Shown in pieces: positions 50,946 through 64,000 of a DNA stretch of 64,000 bases. Within the stretch, counting starts at the first letter, position 1. Each line of letters opens with the position of its first letter. Location of the stretch: assembly GCA_030141605.1 (NCBI GenBank), contig JAQGDQ010000551.1, positions 1 to 64,000 on the forward strand, written 5' to 3'. The notes below the pieces were generated by a model that was not told where the DNA came from, did no database searches, and saw nothing but the letters and a program-made list of their open reading frames with translations. The position numbers and the translations under genes were made by a program. Origin of the DNA: Tubiluchus corallicola (Eukaryota > Animalia > Priapulida).

Positions 50946-51636
50946 GTTTCTTCTTTTCTCTTTTCTTTTCTTGTTTGTTTCTTCTTTTCTCTTTTCTTTT
51001 CTTGTTTGTTTTTTCTTTTCTCTTTTCTTTTCTTGTTTGTTTTTTCTTCTCTTTTCTTTTCTTGTTTGTTTTTTCTTTTCTCTTTTCTTTTCTTGTTTGT
51101 TTTTTTTCTCTTTTCTTTTCTTGTTTGTTTTTTCTTTTCTCTTTTCTTTTCTTGTTTGTTTTTTCTTTTCTCTTTTCTTTTATTTTCTTGTTTGTTTTTT
51201 CTTCTCTTTTCTTTTCTTGTTTGTTTTTTCTTTTCTCTTTTCTCTTCTTGTTTGTTTTTTCTTTTCTCTTTTCTTTTCTTGTTTGTTTCTTTCTTCTCTT
51301 CTCTTTTCTTTTCTTGTTTGTTTTTTCTTTACTTTTCTCTTTTCTTTTCTTGTTTGCTTTTTCTTTTCTCTTTTCTTTTCTTGTTTGTTTTTTCTTTTCT
51401 TTTCTTGTTTGTTTTTTTCTTCTCTTTTCTTTTCTTGTTTGTTTTTTCTTATCTCTTTTCTTTTCTTGTTTGTTTTTTCTTCTCTTTCTTTTCTTGTTTG
51501 TTTTTTCTTCTCTTTTCTTTTCTTGTTTGTTTTTTCTTTTCTCTTTTCTTTTCTTGTTTGTTTTTTCTTCTCTTTTCTTTTCTTGTTTGTTTTTTCTTTT
51601 CTCTTTTCTTTTCTTGTTTATTTTTTCTTCTCTTTT
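50946..51636. repeat. Pyrimidine-rich ~30-bp degenerate tandem array
   Basis: cttgtttgttttttcttttctcttttcttttc-like units. Confidence 0.9.
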
Positions 51637-52966
51637 CAGTTTAAATACGATCGTTTTATCGCCACTCTCTCGTTTTCTTTTATCTGTGCCACTTCAACAT
51701 TTCTTTTCTCCTCCCATTTTCTTGCTTCCAGTTTTCTTTCGATGCATTTACATTTTACGTAAATCTTAGTATGCTTTTTACTCCTATCTTACCAACGTCC
51801 CTTTGTGATGTGCATTGTGCAGTGCATTTGGATTCGTCTTGTAGTTAATCTTTAACGTACATCTTCCCCTTTCTGAACTTATCTTCTAATGAAAGTCTCA
51901 GACATGTTTACTGTTATTTCTCACAATTAACCTGACAAGAGCTGTTCTTTTTCTCTTCACGCGGGTCAATATCCTATAGTTATCCTAACAGATTATTGTC
52001 AGAAAAGCATTATTTTGCATTTTTTCAGTACTTTCCTAGTTCGTATTCAGATTAAAGGATTTATTTTAGTGCATTCGGGTTGTCTATGGATTATGATTGA
52101 GAGCATAGTTGCTTTTGGGTTTTTTCTGTTTCAGTGTTCGCTGTGTTGTAATTATTATTAGTAATTTTAAAAATACTGATTTTATCAGAGACAACTTTTT
52201 TCTCGTACTTTATATTTTCATTTCCCTTTTATCTGCAGATGACGATTATAGCTTCCCCAATGGTTCACTATTTTCTATATTATTGTTATTACTAGACTAT
52301 TACAATTTTTACTTCCATATTATGTTTTTCTCACTTCATATATATTCACTTTATTATAATTATTTTGCTCACTGTTTCACAGTTATCATTAAGTTTTATT
52401 ATATTTTTTGAGCCATATTGTCTATTCACTCACATACTCATATTTCACTACATATTTTGTTTACTCCATTTTTTTGCACTAGTTCTTGTGTTCCATAGTA
52501 TTTTATCGTTGCGCTTAACATAATTTGAGACGGTTGCATATCTTTTGTTTGAGTTTATCATGCATATTTTGTTTCATTCACTGATTTATTATTTATGTTT
52601 TAATTTTTTTGACTTTTTTCTAGTTTGTTTTATGTTTTAATCGGTTACTTAACTGCTTTACATATTTTGTTAATCATCATTTCATATTTTTCATTTTATT
52701 TCTTTGTTGCATAGCTTATTTTGTTATTTCGCTTTCATGTTTAATGTATCCCCCATAAATTCATGTTAACAGCAGCACTACAAATTTTTTACAAGTTACA
52801 CTAAACTGAAAACGGTAGCTGACTCGATGACCAATTGGTCTTTCGCTACCCTTTTTCCTGCACCCCATTAACTCTTTCCTTTATGCTTAATTTATCCTTT
52901 TTAATCAATAACTATAAAAATAATAGTCAATTTGTATACTGGTGTAAATGAGGAGATAAATAAAAA

Positions 52967-53196
52967 TGTCTATGTCTCTATGTCTATGTCTATGTCTATG
53001 TCTATGTCTATGTCTATGTCTATGTCTATGTCTAAGTCTATGTCTATGTCTATGTCTATGTCTATGTCTATGTCTAAGTCTATGTCTATGTCTATGTCTA
53101 TGTCTATGTCTATGTCTATGTCTATGTCTAAGTCTATGTCTATGTCTATGTCTAAGTCTATGTCTATGTCTATGTCTATGTCTATGTCTATGTCTA
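52967..53196. repeat. (ATGTCT)n hexanucleotide microsatellite
   Basis: Direct inspection. Confidence 0.95.
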
Positions 53197-54853
53197 TTCT
53201 ACACTTTCGCTATTTGTGCATTATTTTCTGATATGGATTCTGAAATATTTCTCATTGCTTCAATTTCTCCAGGCTTTAGCATCTTTGTTATGGGAGATAA
53301 TTTATCGGAGAAAAGTACTTTATACATTTAAAAGTTTGTTTTACAGGTTAAATGAGTTTCTACTCAAAGCCATGCGGCTCAGTGGAAATCCAACACAGTG
53401 GATATGAACACGTTCAGTTCTAATTACCGTTAGATGATAAATGAATCTCGATTAAGAAATACTTCACTTGAACAAAACATGTCTTATTAAACTAATGATA
53501 GGTTTAATAAATTATCAGGGTCTGTATACAAATCATTAAGCTGTAAAAATGGCCCCTGGCGGCAAAATGTGTCCCTGTGATAATTCTTAAATAAGTTCAC
53601 TGTCTTCCTGACTGCTGCATAATTACCGACTGATTTGTAAGGTTAATAGGTTTCTAATTATCCGATTCTGCAATTCTACATCCATTACTGACCAGTGGTC
53701 AATATTAACGGCTGTCCATCCTTCCTTGCTCGTGAGGTCGTGGCCTTGCCAGCGATGTGTATAGAGGACAACAATGCATCTCTCTGTTGCTGTTTGTAAG
53801 TTGCTTTTGTTCCACCTGATGCATTGTGATGCGATACAGACGAGACGGGCATGGAAAATAGTTCCTGGTTTTTGAAGGGATTTGACCTGAAAGTTTTCGC
53901 ATTTGTCGCCTTCCGCCGGATTAGGGGATTAAGGATTACCTGAAGTCATTGGTTTTGACGAGTATTTAAGATAAAAGATTTTATAGTTGTCTGTAGTTTT
54001 TGCGAGTGACCTTTGTCATTTTGATGCATGAACCAATGTTGTATGATCAGCTGTCTTCACGATCTTGATTTTGTTTTATTACAAGCAAATTACAAATCGT
54101 ACACAAAACCCTTTACCATTGTAAGTTGTCTGTATGATATACAGAGTGATGTGCTTATGAGTCAAATATGCGCTTTTCAACAACACAGAAGATTAAGATA
54201 TGGTAGATAACATGGCCAGTGACTCCAAATATTTGTTGTTTCAAGTGCATTTTACAGATAAAGTGATTTGACAATAGCTACTGCCGGGAACAGTCTGCAA
54301 TGTACATTGAAACCCACTTAGATTTTGCAGTAGTGGGTGCGGGGCAGTTCATTGACTAGCAGACATTCAATCCTGGGGCTACATGTTTTTGTGCTAGTCT
54401 GTCTTACATGTTAACATTCGAGTTGTTTATTGAGTTCTTAGTTCCACAGTGAACCAGCGGGTTAACAGCAAAACTTGATTTTTTGCTTCGGGGAGAAAAG
54501 GTGAAAATATGGGGTGTAGGTCTTAGATTGGTACCTTCTACTAACACAGTTTTTTTTCTAAGTTAGGTTAGCCAAAGCAGTTTAAGTTTTTTTATATAAT
54601 GCGGGACACGGCAAGCCGATGTTCAGGTAACAGAGCCTGCTTAGTGCAGATGGTTGTAACACCATCAGAACCCGTATTTCTTTTTCAAGAATAATTCTGT
54701 AAGACGAGACACTTAGGCACGCTGGAATATATACATTTATCCCAGCAAGAAAATTTGCGTGTACACTTTACCAGTAAATGTTGAAGGGAAAAATACACAT
54801 TTGCTTGGTCTGTTCTCCTTATATTGTTTATTAATAAAAATAGAAAAATAAAG

Positions 54854-55260
<407 letters not shown>

Positions 55261-55989
55261 AGTATGAGTTTATTTGGCATAAAAATCTACAGCTTTCAAA
55301 GATAACAGGATGTTAGTAAAGTAACAAATCTTCAAAACTTCAACTTTGTAATTTCCACTCATTTCAGTGCTCTTGGACGGTATACATTTCGTAATTATAA
55401 ATAAAACTTAATCTTAGCGGAAAACGCAACTTGCTTCGCGTTTCCACGTTTTATACTCACCCGCCTAAGTAGAAAATAATCCTTACTAAGCGTATTAACT
55501 AGGTTCAAAACATTTCAAATTACTAATTATTATTAAACTGACAATTTAACTTTTGCTTATTTTTGAGAAAAAAAACAGGAAAATTAAATTACTGGGACTT
55601 TAAATAAATTCATTAAATTTAAAGTCAATTTACCTCTTGCGCAAGAATATTTCAAGTCGTGTGAAAATTTCTAACACTTTGCATTATATAAAAGGCTGGG
55701 TAGCAAAATTTCAGATGGGTACCACATCAAGAATTATTATTGATCTGCGGAAGTCTAAAATACGTAAAAAGTTTCCTGTTACCACGTGGCTGTGTTTGTT
55801 AATGTGTTTAAACGTCAACAGGTGACGCCAGCTACGTACGGCTGATGAATTTGCAGACTAGCACGCAAGTTCCCGGTAACAAGTAGGTAAGGCTTAGCAA
55901 GGGATGACCAGCGGTCAGGACATGTGAGCTCTCTACGATCTTTCTTACAAACACGAAGATTATAGAAACTTATTAATGACAATTAATCG

Positions 55990-56310
55990 ACTAATTAATA
56001 AAGTTACGAAATAATTATTATGTAAAGTAGCTGACTGAGCATTGCTGCAAAGAAGCAGTACAAACAATAACAACAACAACAATGACAGTGACAGCGAAAC
56101 CAACAGCAACAGTAACAGAAACAGCAACAAGAACAACGACGACGAGACGACGACAACAACAACAATAGCAGCAGCAGCAACAGTGGCAGCGACACCGACA
56201 AAAACAACAACAACAACGACGACGACAACAACAATAACAACAATAACAGCAGCAGCAACAGTGGCAGTGACAGCGACAGCGACAACGACAACAACCACAG
56301 CAATAATAAA
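55990..56310 (-). repeat. Inverted copy of the 49390-49800 repeat
   Basis: Shared unique core in the opposite orientation. Confidence 0.7.
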
Positions 56311-56743
56311 AATGTTAAAATTTAGTCAAAATCACAATCAAATCCTAAACCTTGCACTAATCATGCTATTTTGCTCTCATTAGAAACGTTGGCATTGCTT
56401 TAATGTACTTTGAATAAAGGAAATATAAAGGTTGAATGATGCTTTGCCGATAGACGGGTTATTTTTGCTAACACGTCTCACCGAGCAGTAGCTGTGGCGT
56501 TTGTGGTTCTCCGAAATTTATTGTTGAAATCACATTTTAGTGTCCATACCCTTAAATATGAGAGCAATAATCAGTTCATACAGATAAGAAAAATAGGAAT
56601 ATATAGTCAAATTAACTGGCAAATATTGAGAAGTGAGAGTGAATGCGTGGCGTGCCAGCAGTGGGTGCATGCGTGTGTGCCTCGTCCACAACTGTTACCT
56701 TTTATGCACTGATGATGCATGATCAGCCACGAGCATCAGCGGG

Positions 56744-57028
56744 CAGGTAAAGTAATCAACTGAACGGATTACCTGCAGGTTCAGTGCACCCGTGGGACGC
56801 GTTACCTGTGGTGTATAAAGCTACCTTACCTGTGTGATTCCCGTCTGCCTTTAATACCTAAGTGAAATCGGATTATTTTTCTCAGGTGAAGAAAAAGTTG
56901 GCACCCCACCCGCTGTTCCTCGTCAGACTTACCTGTGTGCAAGTAAACATTTCAGGTGTGACATTCCTTGTGCCCTACCTGTGAGAAGCAGTCATTTGAA
57001 AAGTGAAAGTGCTCAGTAGAAACACCTG
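56744..57028. promoter_or_regulatory. Homotypic cluster of CAGGT[A/G] motifs (putative enhancer/promoter)
   Basis: Nine sites on both strands in ~285 bp of non-repetitive DNA, at 56744, 56770, 56803, 56827, 56883, 56930, 56953, 56976 and 57023. Confidence 0.55.
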
Positions 57029-57417
57029 CGAAAAGAAGTCGCAGTAGCAACGTGATGCAATTACTCTGACCGCTTTGACCACTGACCGCCGGCCACAATT
57101 TTGCTTAAACCTTTTCGCTGTGACACACCTATGCAGTTTCCTAAACTGCTTTGGGCAAAACGATTTCAAGGTTCAAGGTCATTACAAGTGGTGACATTAT
57201 CCTGAGAGCTGTTGGTCCACACTGTTTGTCAACTGGGTTTGCTTGGACGTTGGTTTTGTTCTCGCTTGGACGTTGGTGTTGTCCTCGCGTGGGTCGTTGT
57301 TTGGACAAATTCTACAGCTGAAGAAATTTCCGTGTGTCTTCGACAATTAGTAGAACTTCCGAGTAAATAAAGTTCCATATTTACAGTAAGTAGTAACTTT
57401 TAGTTTATTTACGTTAT

Positions 57418-57640
57418 AAAATAAAAGCAATTTTCCACGGAGAAAAACGCGAGCATATTTTAATTAATGTTTATAAAGTGATTTATTAACGTTTACTGTA
57501 TTTAATCTATTTTATTTTATAAAGCCAACAAAAAAGCGATAGTCATGAACATAGCAATACATTAAATATTAGAAAATCACTTTATAAACATTAATTAAAA
57601 TATGATCGCGTTTTTCTCCGTCAAAAATTACTTATATTTT
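57418..57640. mobile_element. Inverted-repeat element (MITE-like hairpin)
   Basis: ~65-bp arms (acggagaaaaacgcga.catattttaattaatgtttataaagtgattt and its reverse complement) around a ~90-bp spacer. Confidence 0.75.
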
Positions 57641-58406
57641 TCGTCTCATTCAGCGCAGAAGATGAACGGACCCAAACTTCTTTACAGTTTTGGTGAAGTT
57701 CCTCATACTTTCTTTGTATTATTATTATGCTTCATCCCTATTAGTCAATAAATTCAATTCAATTCAGTTTGTTTCTTAACCGTTCTTGGAGAAACGTAAT
57801 ATTAGCCAAAATTTACAGACGTGCTTTAGAATCTGACAGAAGCATTCTTTTTACAAAAATCACCTAGCAGAATAGCGTGTGAGTTAAAAAACAACAAGGA
57901 AAAGAAAGAGAAATTAAATCAATGAAAGAATAGAAAATTGTGTATTATAATCGGAAAGACTTCTTCAGTGTAATATTTAAAACAACAGCAAACATAAATT
58001 TCTCAGCGTAGGTGGTATTCAATTACCTGATTTGTTAAATGTTGTTGTGTACATAGTCACGGTTTTAGATCAGGAAAAATATTTAGAAAGTTTATTTACC
58101 GAATGTTTTACATTAGGAAAATATTTATAATGTTTACTAATGGGAAGTTTTCATGTTTTTCGCGATAGCATTTTGGATATTGAAATATTATTAAATATTA
58201 TTATTAATATTATTGCAAATGAAATGGTAAAGACATGATATAACAAATACCACAGATTATGCAAAAGAAGGGATCATTGATAAATCTTTAGAGCTGACGT
58301 AAACATAGCACAATCTATTATCTTTCATCCTACCATTTCCACTAACACATCCTTCTACCCTTCCTGTGTGATCTAACCTTTCTCCCAGTTCTTTTTTTTT
58401 GTTCAC

Positions 58407-58636
58407 TCATCCATTCTTTTTTATCGGGTTCACATGACAGTGGGCTTATACAAGCCTTTGCTTCTCTAGTCCACTGCAGTACAATTATTCTTTTATGATA
58501 ACGATAGTGTATGAAACATAACAATTTATTACAGTATGATCGTAATAATTTTGATGTCACTGTGTGCTTAATGTCATTATATTGTACTGAATGTGATAAT
58601 AATAATAATAAATCAAAATAAAAATAAATAAATAAA
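58407..58636 (+). mobile_element. Short retroposon-like repeat, copy 1
   Basis: Closely similar to 62845-63066. Stem-loop cagtggg...tccactg and an A-rich tail. Confidence 0.7.
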
Positions 58637-60289
58637 GTAACAAATAATATTCTTTAAAAAAATTAAATGACTATTAATTCTTATCTACTGAAAACGTGAT
58701 ACCGTGTTGAAGGTTGCACAAATCTCAAGTAGAACGAGAATCATAAAAGTAGACTGTAGAAATAGACCATGTCTGATGGCTGAATGAAGATGTAAAATGT
58801 TACAAGAACTGAAAAAACACACGTTTTGGTATTGATAAACAGGTCCAAAAGAATCAGGTACATAAACAAAACCGAATAGAAATGGCGAAAGCAGGTTAAA
58901 AAAGCGGTACTGTGTATTGTGATGATCATGATCGTGATAGTGAAAGCAGATTGAAGGTTGAGCTCGTTAACAGTAATCATAAACATGTTAGGTATTTAAC
59001 CATAAATAAATATGATCAGTATAAAATGTTGCGAGTAATAGGTACCGGTAAGTTGAGGGTAATTGCTTACCTTTACCACAAGAAACTGTCTATAGGTTTT
59101 GTTCTCACTCTTTCTTACTCAACTGTAATTAATGGTTGTTTTATGCATATTCTTATTGCCGTCATTGTCGCTGTGGCTGCTACCATCGCTTCTCTTGTCT
59201 TGTTTCTGATTGCTGCCTCTTTAGTTGTTGTTATTGTTGTTGTGATGACGAATTTGCTGTTGCAGTATTGATTTTTTATACAGTACTGGACGCTAGATAA
59301 TGTGCCTAGTACTCAAACAACAAGCCAGGCTTGTGTTGTTGACAGTTGTAACAGGACCGAAACCTGTGTGATTATAGGCCTAAATGAAAATTCTTTAACA
59401 CGATGTGTTTGTATTTTGCTCAACGATATAAACAGCAAGAAGGAGTCTGTAGAATAAAACCGCTCAAAAATACCATCCATTAATTACAGAGCTTAGCGTA
59501 GCTTAACTTTAGTCGATAAGTACGCACACACAGTAATCACAAGTTATTTTACACATGCTGTCGTTATTGATGTCAAACTGTGACTGTGGTTACTTTCCTT
59601 GTCATTGTCATCATAATTGTTGTTTTTTGTTGTTGTTGTAGTGTTGCAGTTGTTGTGCCATTGCCGTTGTTGCTGTTGCAGATGTTTCTTCCAAAGTAGA
59701 TATCAAAATTTCTGTAGATCCAGTTTTAATTCTTGAACTGCACATTTCCAAGCTGAAACATCCCAGCGTAAAATAAGAGACGATTTGAGATACAATTATT
59801 ATGAATTATGAATTTATTCCACAGCAACATAAACATACATACAAATTGTTATTACATTGAAAAGAAAAATTATAAACTAAAGAAGTTACTGTGAGGAGGA
59901 GGAAGGAGCATTAAGCTTTCGAGTCCTCCTCCAGTTAAGTGGAGCAATTAACAATTAACATTACATAGTATTTTCATCAGTTATAACGTACATTAGAACA
60001 AAATAAGTTTTGTTAGTAACTTAAGATCAGGATGAGTAAAATTGTGTCGTAATTGGATGAAACAAAAATGGTGTCGCAGTACATTTAAGAAATGCTTAAC
60101 AGCGTTGCAAAATCACCCTTTGTAAGCAAATCAACTGAATCGTTGAACTTTTGTAAAACATTAGAAATCAGCCAGTCGCGTCACTGCATAGAGTAATTTT
60201 GCAATGATGTGACAAGGCCAGTTTGTTGTCATTTGACAAATTACATGGAAGACGAACTACTTTCTGCATGTTGCTATATTGCTCATTTA

Positions 60290-60341
<52 letters not shown>

Positions 60342-61252
60342 GCTGCTGCTGCTGCTGCTGTTACTATATTGCTCATTTACATTAGCATGTTATTTAGAAA
60401 TGTGTAGACCAACGTGTCCACCGAAGTGCAATCATTGATTTTGTAAGCATTCAAATTTTGATTGTACGTATTTGAAGGCCTCTCAAACGAAAAATTCAGT
60501 ATTCGTATAAATAATGATGTAATACATACATTACATTATAACCATGCATATTACAACTATGCCAGCTTGCAGCTTTATTAAACCACGTAGAAACGTCCCA
60601 ATAAGAAAACGTCCCAATAAATAATTGTCAAAACATGAGTAAACAGCTTCTTATAATATCACACAAGTCCTTGGAGTCTTTATAGATAATAAAAGAATTC
60701 TTCAGAATGCAAAAATACGCTTGCTCTAGGCCTTAGTGTTATGTCACTATTAATCACGATGTCTAAAATACAAATATGTGCAATTAGCAATGGTAATATA
60801 ATTACTTTTGGCGCAATAAAAGCCGTTTTAAGGTTATTTCACAGCTTTTAAATTCGAATTTGGATATTTGCTTCATGGTTAAAAGAATCATTAGCTTGCA
60901 ATCATTTTCTTTGTTGTTCTCAATGGGTTGCAGCCGTTAAATCCTGCTTCATTTTTTTTGGTAAGTTGACAATCTTGAGAAAACCTAGCGCGCTCGACAA
61001 TTTATTCATTCCAAACTTTGTCACGTGAACACAAGTGTGAAAGGGAACGTGCTGTTTTAAGTGAAAAGCAGATCCTACATGTACACATGTATGTACAACT
61101 GTACGTTGCAAAGCACCCAAAAATATTAACACATAGTTTTTTTTATAGTAAACTAATAGTCCATAAGCACAATACATATATAAGACACAGTACATTAATG
61201 GCTGCTGTTATTAACAATTTCAAAATTGTTACGCGTGGTATGTTGTTACTGG

Positions 61253-61288
<36 letters not shown>

Positions 61289-61669
61289 AAGTACCCTTTG
61301 TTATTACAAGTCGTATACGTGCCTGATGTATTAAAAAATATCCACCTCATTACGTTAATGTACGCGGCATTAATGCTGTATCTACTCTATTTGCTACAAT
61401 TCCCCCCGGGCTGAATACATTATGGATGTTTTGGAATGATGTTTTGATATTCCTGTTTTACCGCTGAAAGGCATGTTTTATTACAGACATAAACCGTGAA
61501 TGGAGCGTACAAAAATAACGGTGTGATTTAAACGGTATAATTAACCTAACTCAGCTCCTGATTATACCTGGATTCACCTGTAATCAAATGAGATGTAATA
61601 GGAAGGCTTTACGATATAAAGATACCGTCTTTGATATTAGTATATAATTGATTCTTCATGCTAAGATGC

Positions 61670-61781
61670 TTCTTTCTTTCTCTTTCTCTCTCCTCCTCTC
61701 TTTTTCTAAATTCCTCCACCCCACTCCCCCATACTACACTCTCCCTATTTTTCCTCTTCAGAAATCTTTCCCCGCTCCCTT

Positions 61782-61823
<42 letters not shown>

Positions 61824-61850
61824 CTCTCTCTCTCTCTCTCTCACTCTCTC

Positions 61851-61925
<75 letters not shown>

Positions 61926-61983
61926 CTCTCTCTATCTGCCTCTCTCTCTCTCTCTCTCTGCCTTTCTCTCTCTCTCTCTCTCT

Positions 61984-62020
<37 letters not shown>

Positions 62021-62053
62021 CTCTCTCTCTCTGCCTTTCTCTCTCTCTCTCTG

Positions 62054-62113
<60 letters not shown>

Positions 62114-62160
62114 CCTCTCTCTCTCTCTCTCTCCCTCTCTCTCTCTCTCTCTCCCTCTCG
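61670..62160. repeat. (CT)n microsatellite
   Basis: Direct inspection. Confidence 0.92.
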
Positions 62161-62844
62161 TTTTCTCTTTCTCTTCCTCGCTCTCTGTTTCGCTCTCTTG
62201 TTTTTCTCGATTTGGTCACATAGGTCTGTACATGCAACGTGTGTCTAGTCAAATTCGTCTAAACGTAAAAGCAGTAGAAAAAGTTCTGGCGTTTTGCTCT
62301 TACACAAATCTCAAATCCGTAACGTAAACGTCAGAGCACACACTTGCACTTCTAGATTTATTGTAGTCAGTAACCCTCTGATTTTGCGTCTGTTCAAATA
62401 ACAAGTTCGTAACATAAAAACTTGTAGCCGCAAACCAGTGAACAAAAGCTGATGTTGCAAAAAAAGTGGGAGACAGAAAGAAAAAATATTGGCACCGTAA
62501 TTTAAAATTTGGCCATATAAATGTGCGTTACCAATTTAGTGCATTTGTTCAGAGTTTGAAGTCTTTTTTCAGTTTCAACAGTTCACTATGTTGAAAGTAA
62601 CATAGACAATTAAATTCTTAACAAGAAAACGTTAAAGAATGAACATGAAAAGCAAACTACGATGCGACAGCAACATACACAGCAACATACTTTAAAGCAT
62701 CATACACCGCAGCATACTTTAAAGTAACATGCACCGCAACATACTTTAAAGCAACATACGCAGAGGGTTATAACTTATTGCAAAATATCATAGAATAGAT
62801 GGACAAGTACTGTAAACCTATAATATAATCCAGCATTCTGTAAT

Positions 62845-63066
62845 TCATCCATTCTTTTTTTATCGGGTTCACATGACAGTGGGCTTATACAAGCCTTTGC
62901 TTCTCTAGCCCACTGCAGTACAATTATTCTTTTATGATAACGATAGTGTATGAAACACAACAATTTAATACCGTATGATGTAATAATTTTAATGTCACTG
63001 TGTGCTTAGTGTCATTATATTGTACTGAATGTGATAATAATAATAAGTAAATAAAAAAATAAAAAA
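62845..63066 (+). mobile_element. Short retroposon-like repeat, copy 2
   Basis: Closely similar to 58407-58636. Confidence 0.7.
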
Positions 63067-64000
63067 CCAAACTCAATGTTATATCCAATATCCAATATTG
63101 TAACCAAATATAACCAGCATTTATAATGAACACGTCTTTAACAGTAAACGAACTCTTTCTTGTTTGCGTTTGCAAATGAACATGTTAAGAAAATTGTTAG
63201 CCAATGTGGTTGCAAGCAACTGACCTCTGGCTTTGTCATTGACCAATTTTTCTTTCCTCGTTCACGCAACGGCGATTTTTGTTGAAAAATTTCGCTTCTG
63301 GAATGGATAAAAAAACAGAGTTGGCAAACAGGAAGCAGAAAATGTGAAAAAGGCACAAACAAAAACATAGGAAACGTTGACTCCGTTTACTAAGCTGCAA
63401 ATAGGTGACTTAACTGAGCGCCAAAGTAATCGTGCAAGTTACGTGCCAGAAAATGTACCCAGTCCATTCAGTGCTTTTATTTGATAAGCTTACTAACCTG
63501 ACACGTTAGAGTTTCAAAAATTGTTAACGTGATATTCTGAAACATTTTAGTGTCCTGTCCTCAACTTGGAAAACCGAGGGAAATTCTAGTAATTTCCTAA
63601 GCAAGCTTACTCAGTTGTCACGTTTATCATGTGGTAATAGAAACTTAATTGAAAATGACAATCTTTCTTGTATTAGTTCAAACAAAGTCTGAAATCTCTG
63701 GACGAACTGCAGTTGTGTAGAGTGTTCTGATAGTCACTCTTATTAAAGGAAAAGGCAACTAAAAGAATGGCAAATTAGTTGACTAAGCAATGTTACTTCG
63801 TATGTACTGCAAGTAGCCCTGTAAATTAAAAACAATTAGCAGGTGCACTTTTAATTTAATGAAACTGCCACTGAAATCATCCTATTCAAACCTAAAACAG
63901 AAACAATATTGTTAACGCAAATGTCAAAAGTTCAATGGTAAGCTAATGAACAAAGATTCCACATCAATACTTCTCATCACAAACCATTTAATTGCAATTA

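Noticed and set aside
50743-51769. Phe/Leu/Ser-rich membrane-protein-like ORFs
   Set aside because: Pyrimidine tract that is open in all three frames.
55842-56740. CTGATGA motifs as hammerhead ribozyme cores
   Set aside because: No correctly placed GAAA and flanking helices.

Overview
AT-rich, intron-rich animal genomic DNA. The 5S-like sequences resemble lophotrochozoan 5S rRNA, which is an inference. Most ORFs in the supplied track are repeat artefacts. Reconstructing exons by hand from splice signals and reading frames gives four genes. (1) Gene A (minus, 8552->1686, continuing off the left edge) encodes signal peptide-CUB-CUB-LDLa. (2) Its head-to-head paralogue gene B (plus, 11381-28779, 10 exons, 599 aa) encodes signal-CUB-CUB-LDLa-trypsin-like domain, with catalytic His replaced by Tyr and Ser by Glu (a pseudoprotease). 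(3) A divergent PQLC1/SLC66A2-like PQ-loop transporter (minus, 36277->31349). (4) A small secreted Cys-rich protein that I cannot assign to a family (plus, 39417-39782). Notable non-coding features include: a 55-bp minisatellite (~31 copies) built from gene A's LDLa exon end plus its splice donor; two inverted copies of a full-length-5S-headed SINE with 10-bp TSDs; hAT-, piggyBac-, Kolobok- and foldback-like non-autonomous elements; several LINE 3' fragments; many locus-specific minisatellites; and a dense CAGGT[A/G] motif cluster near 56.7-57.0 kb.
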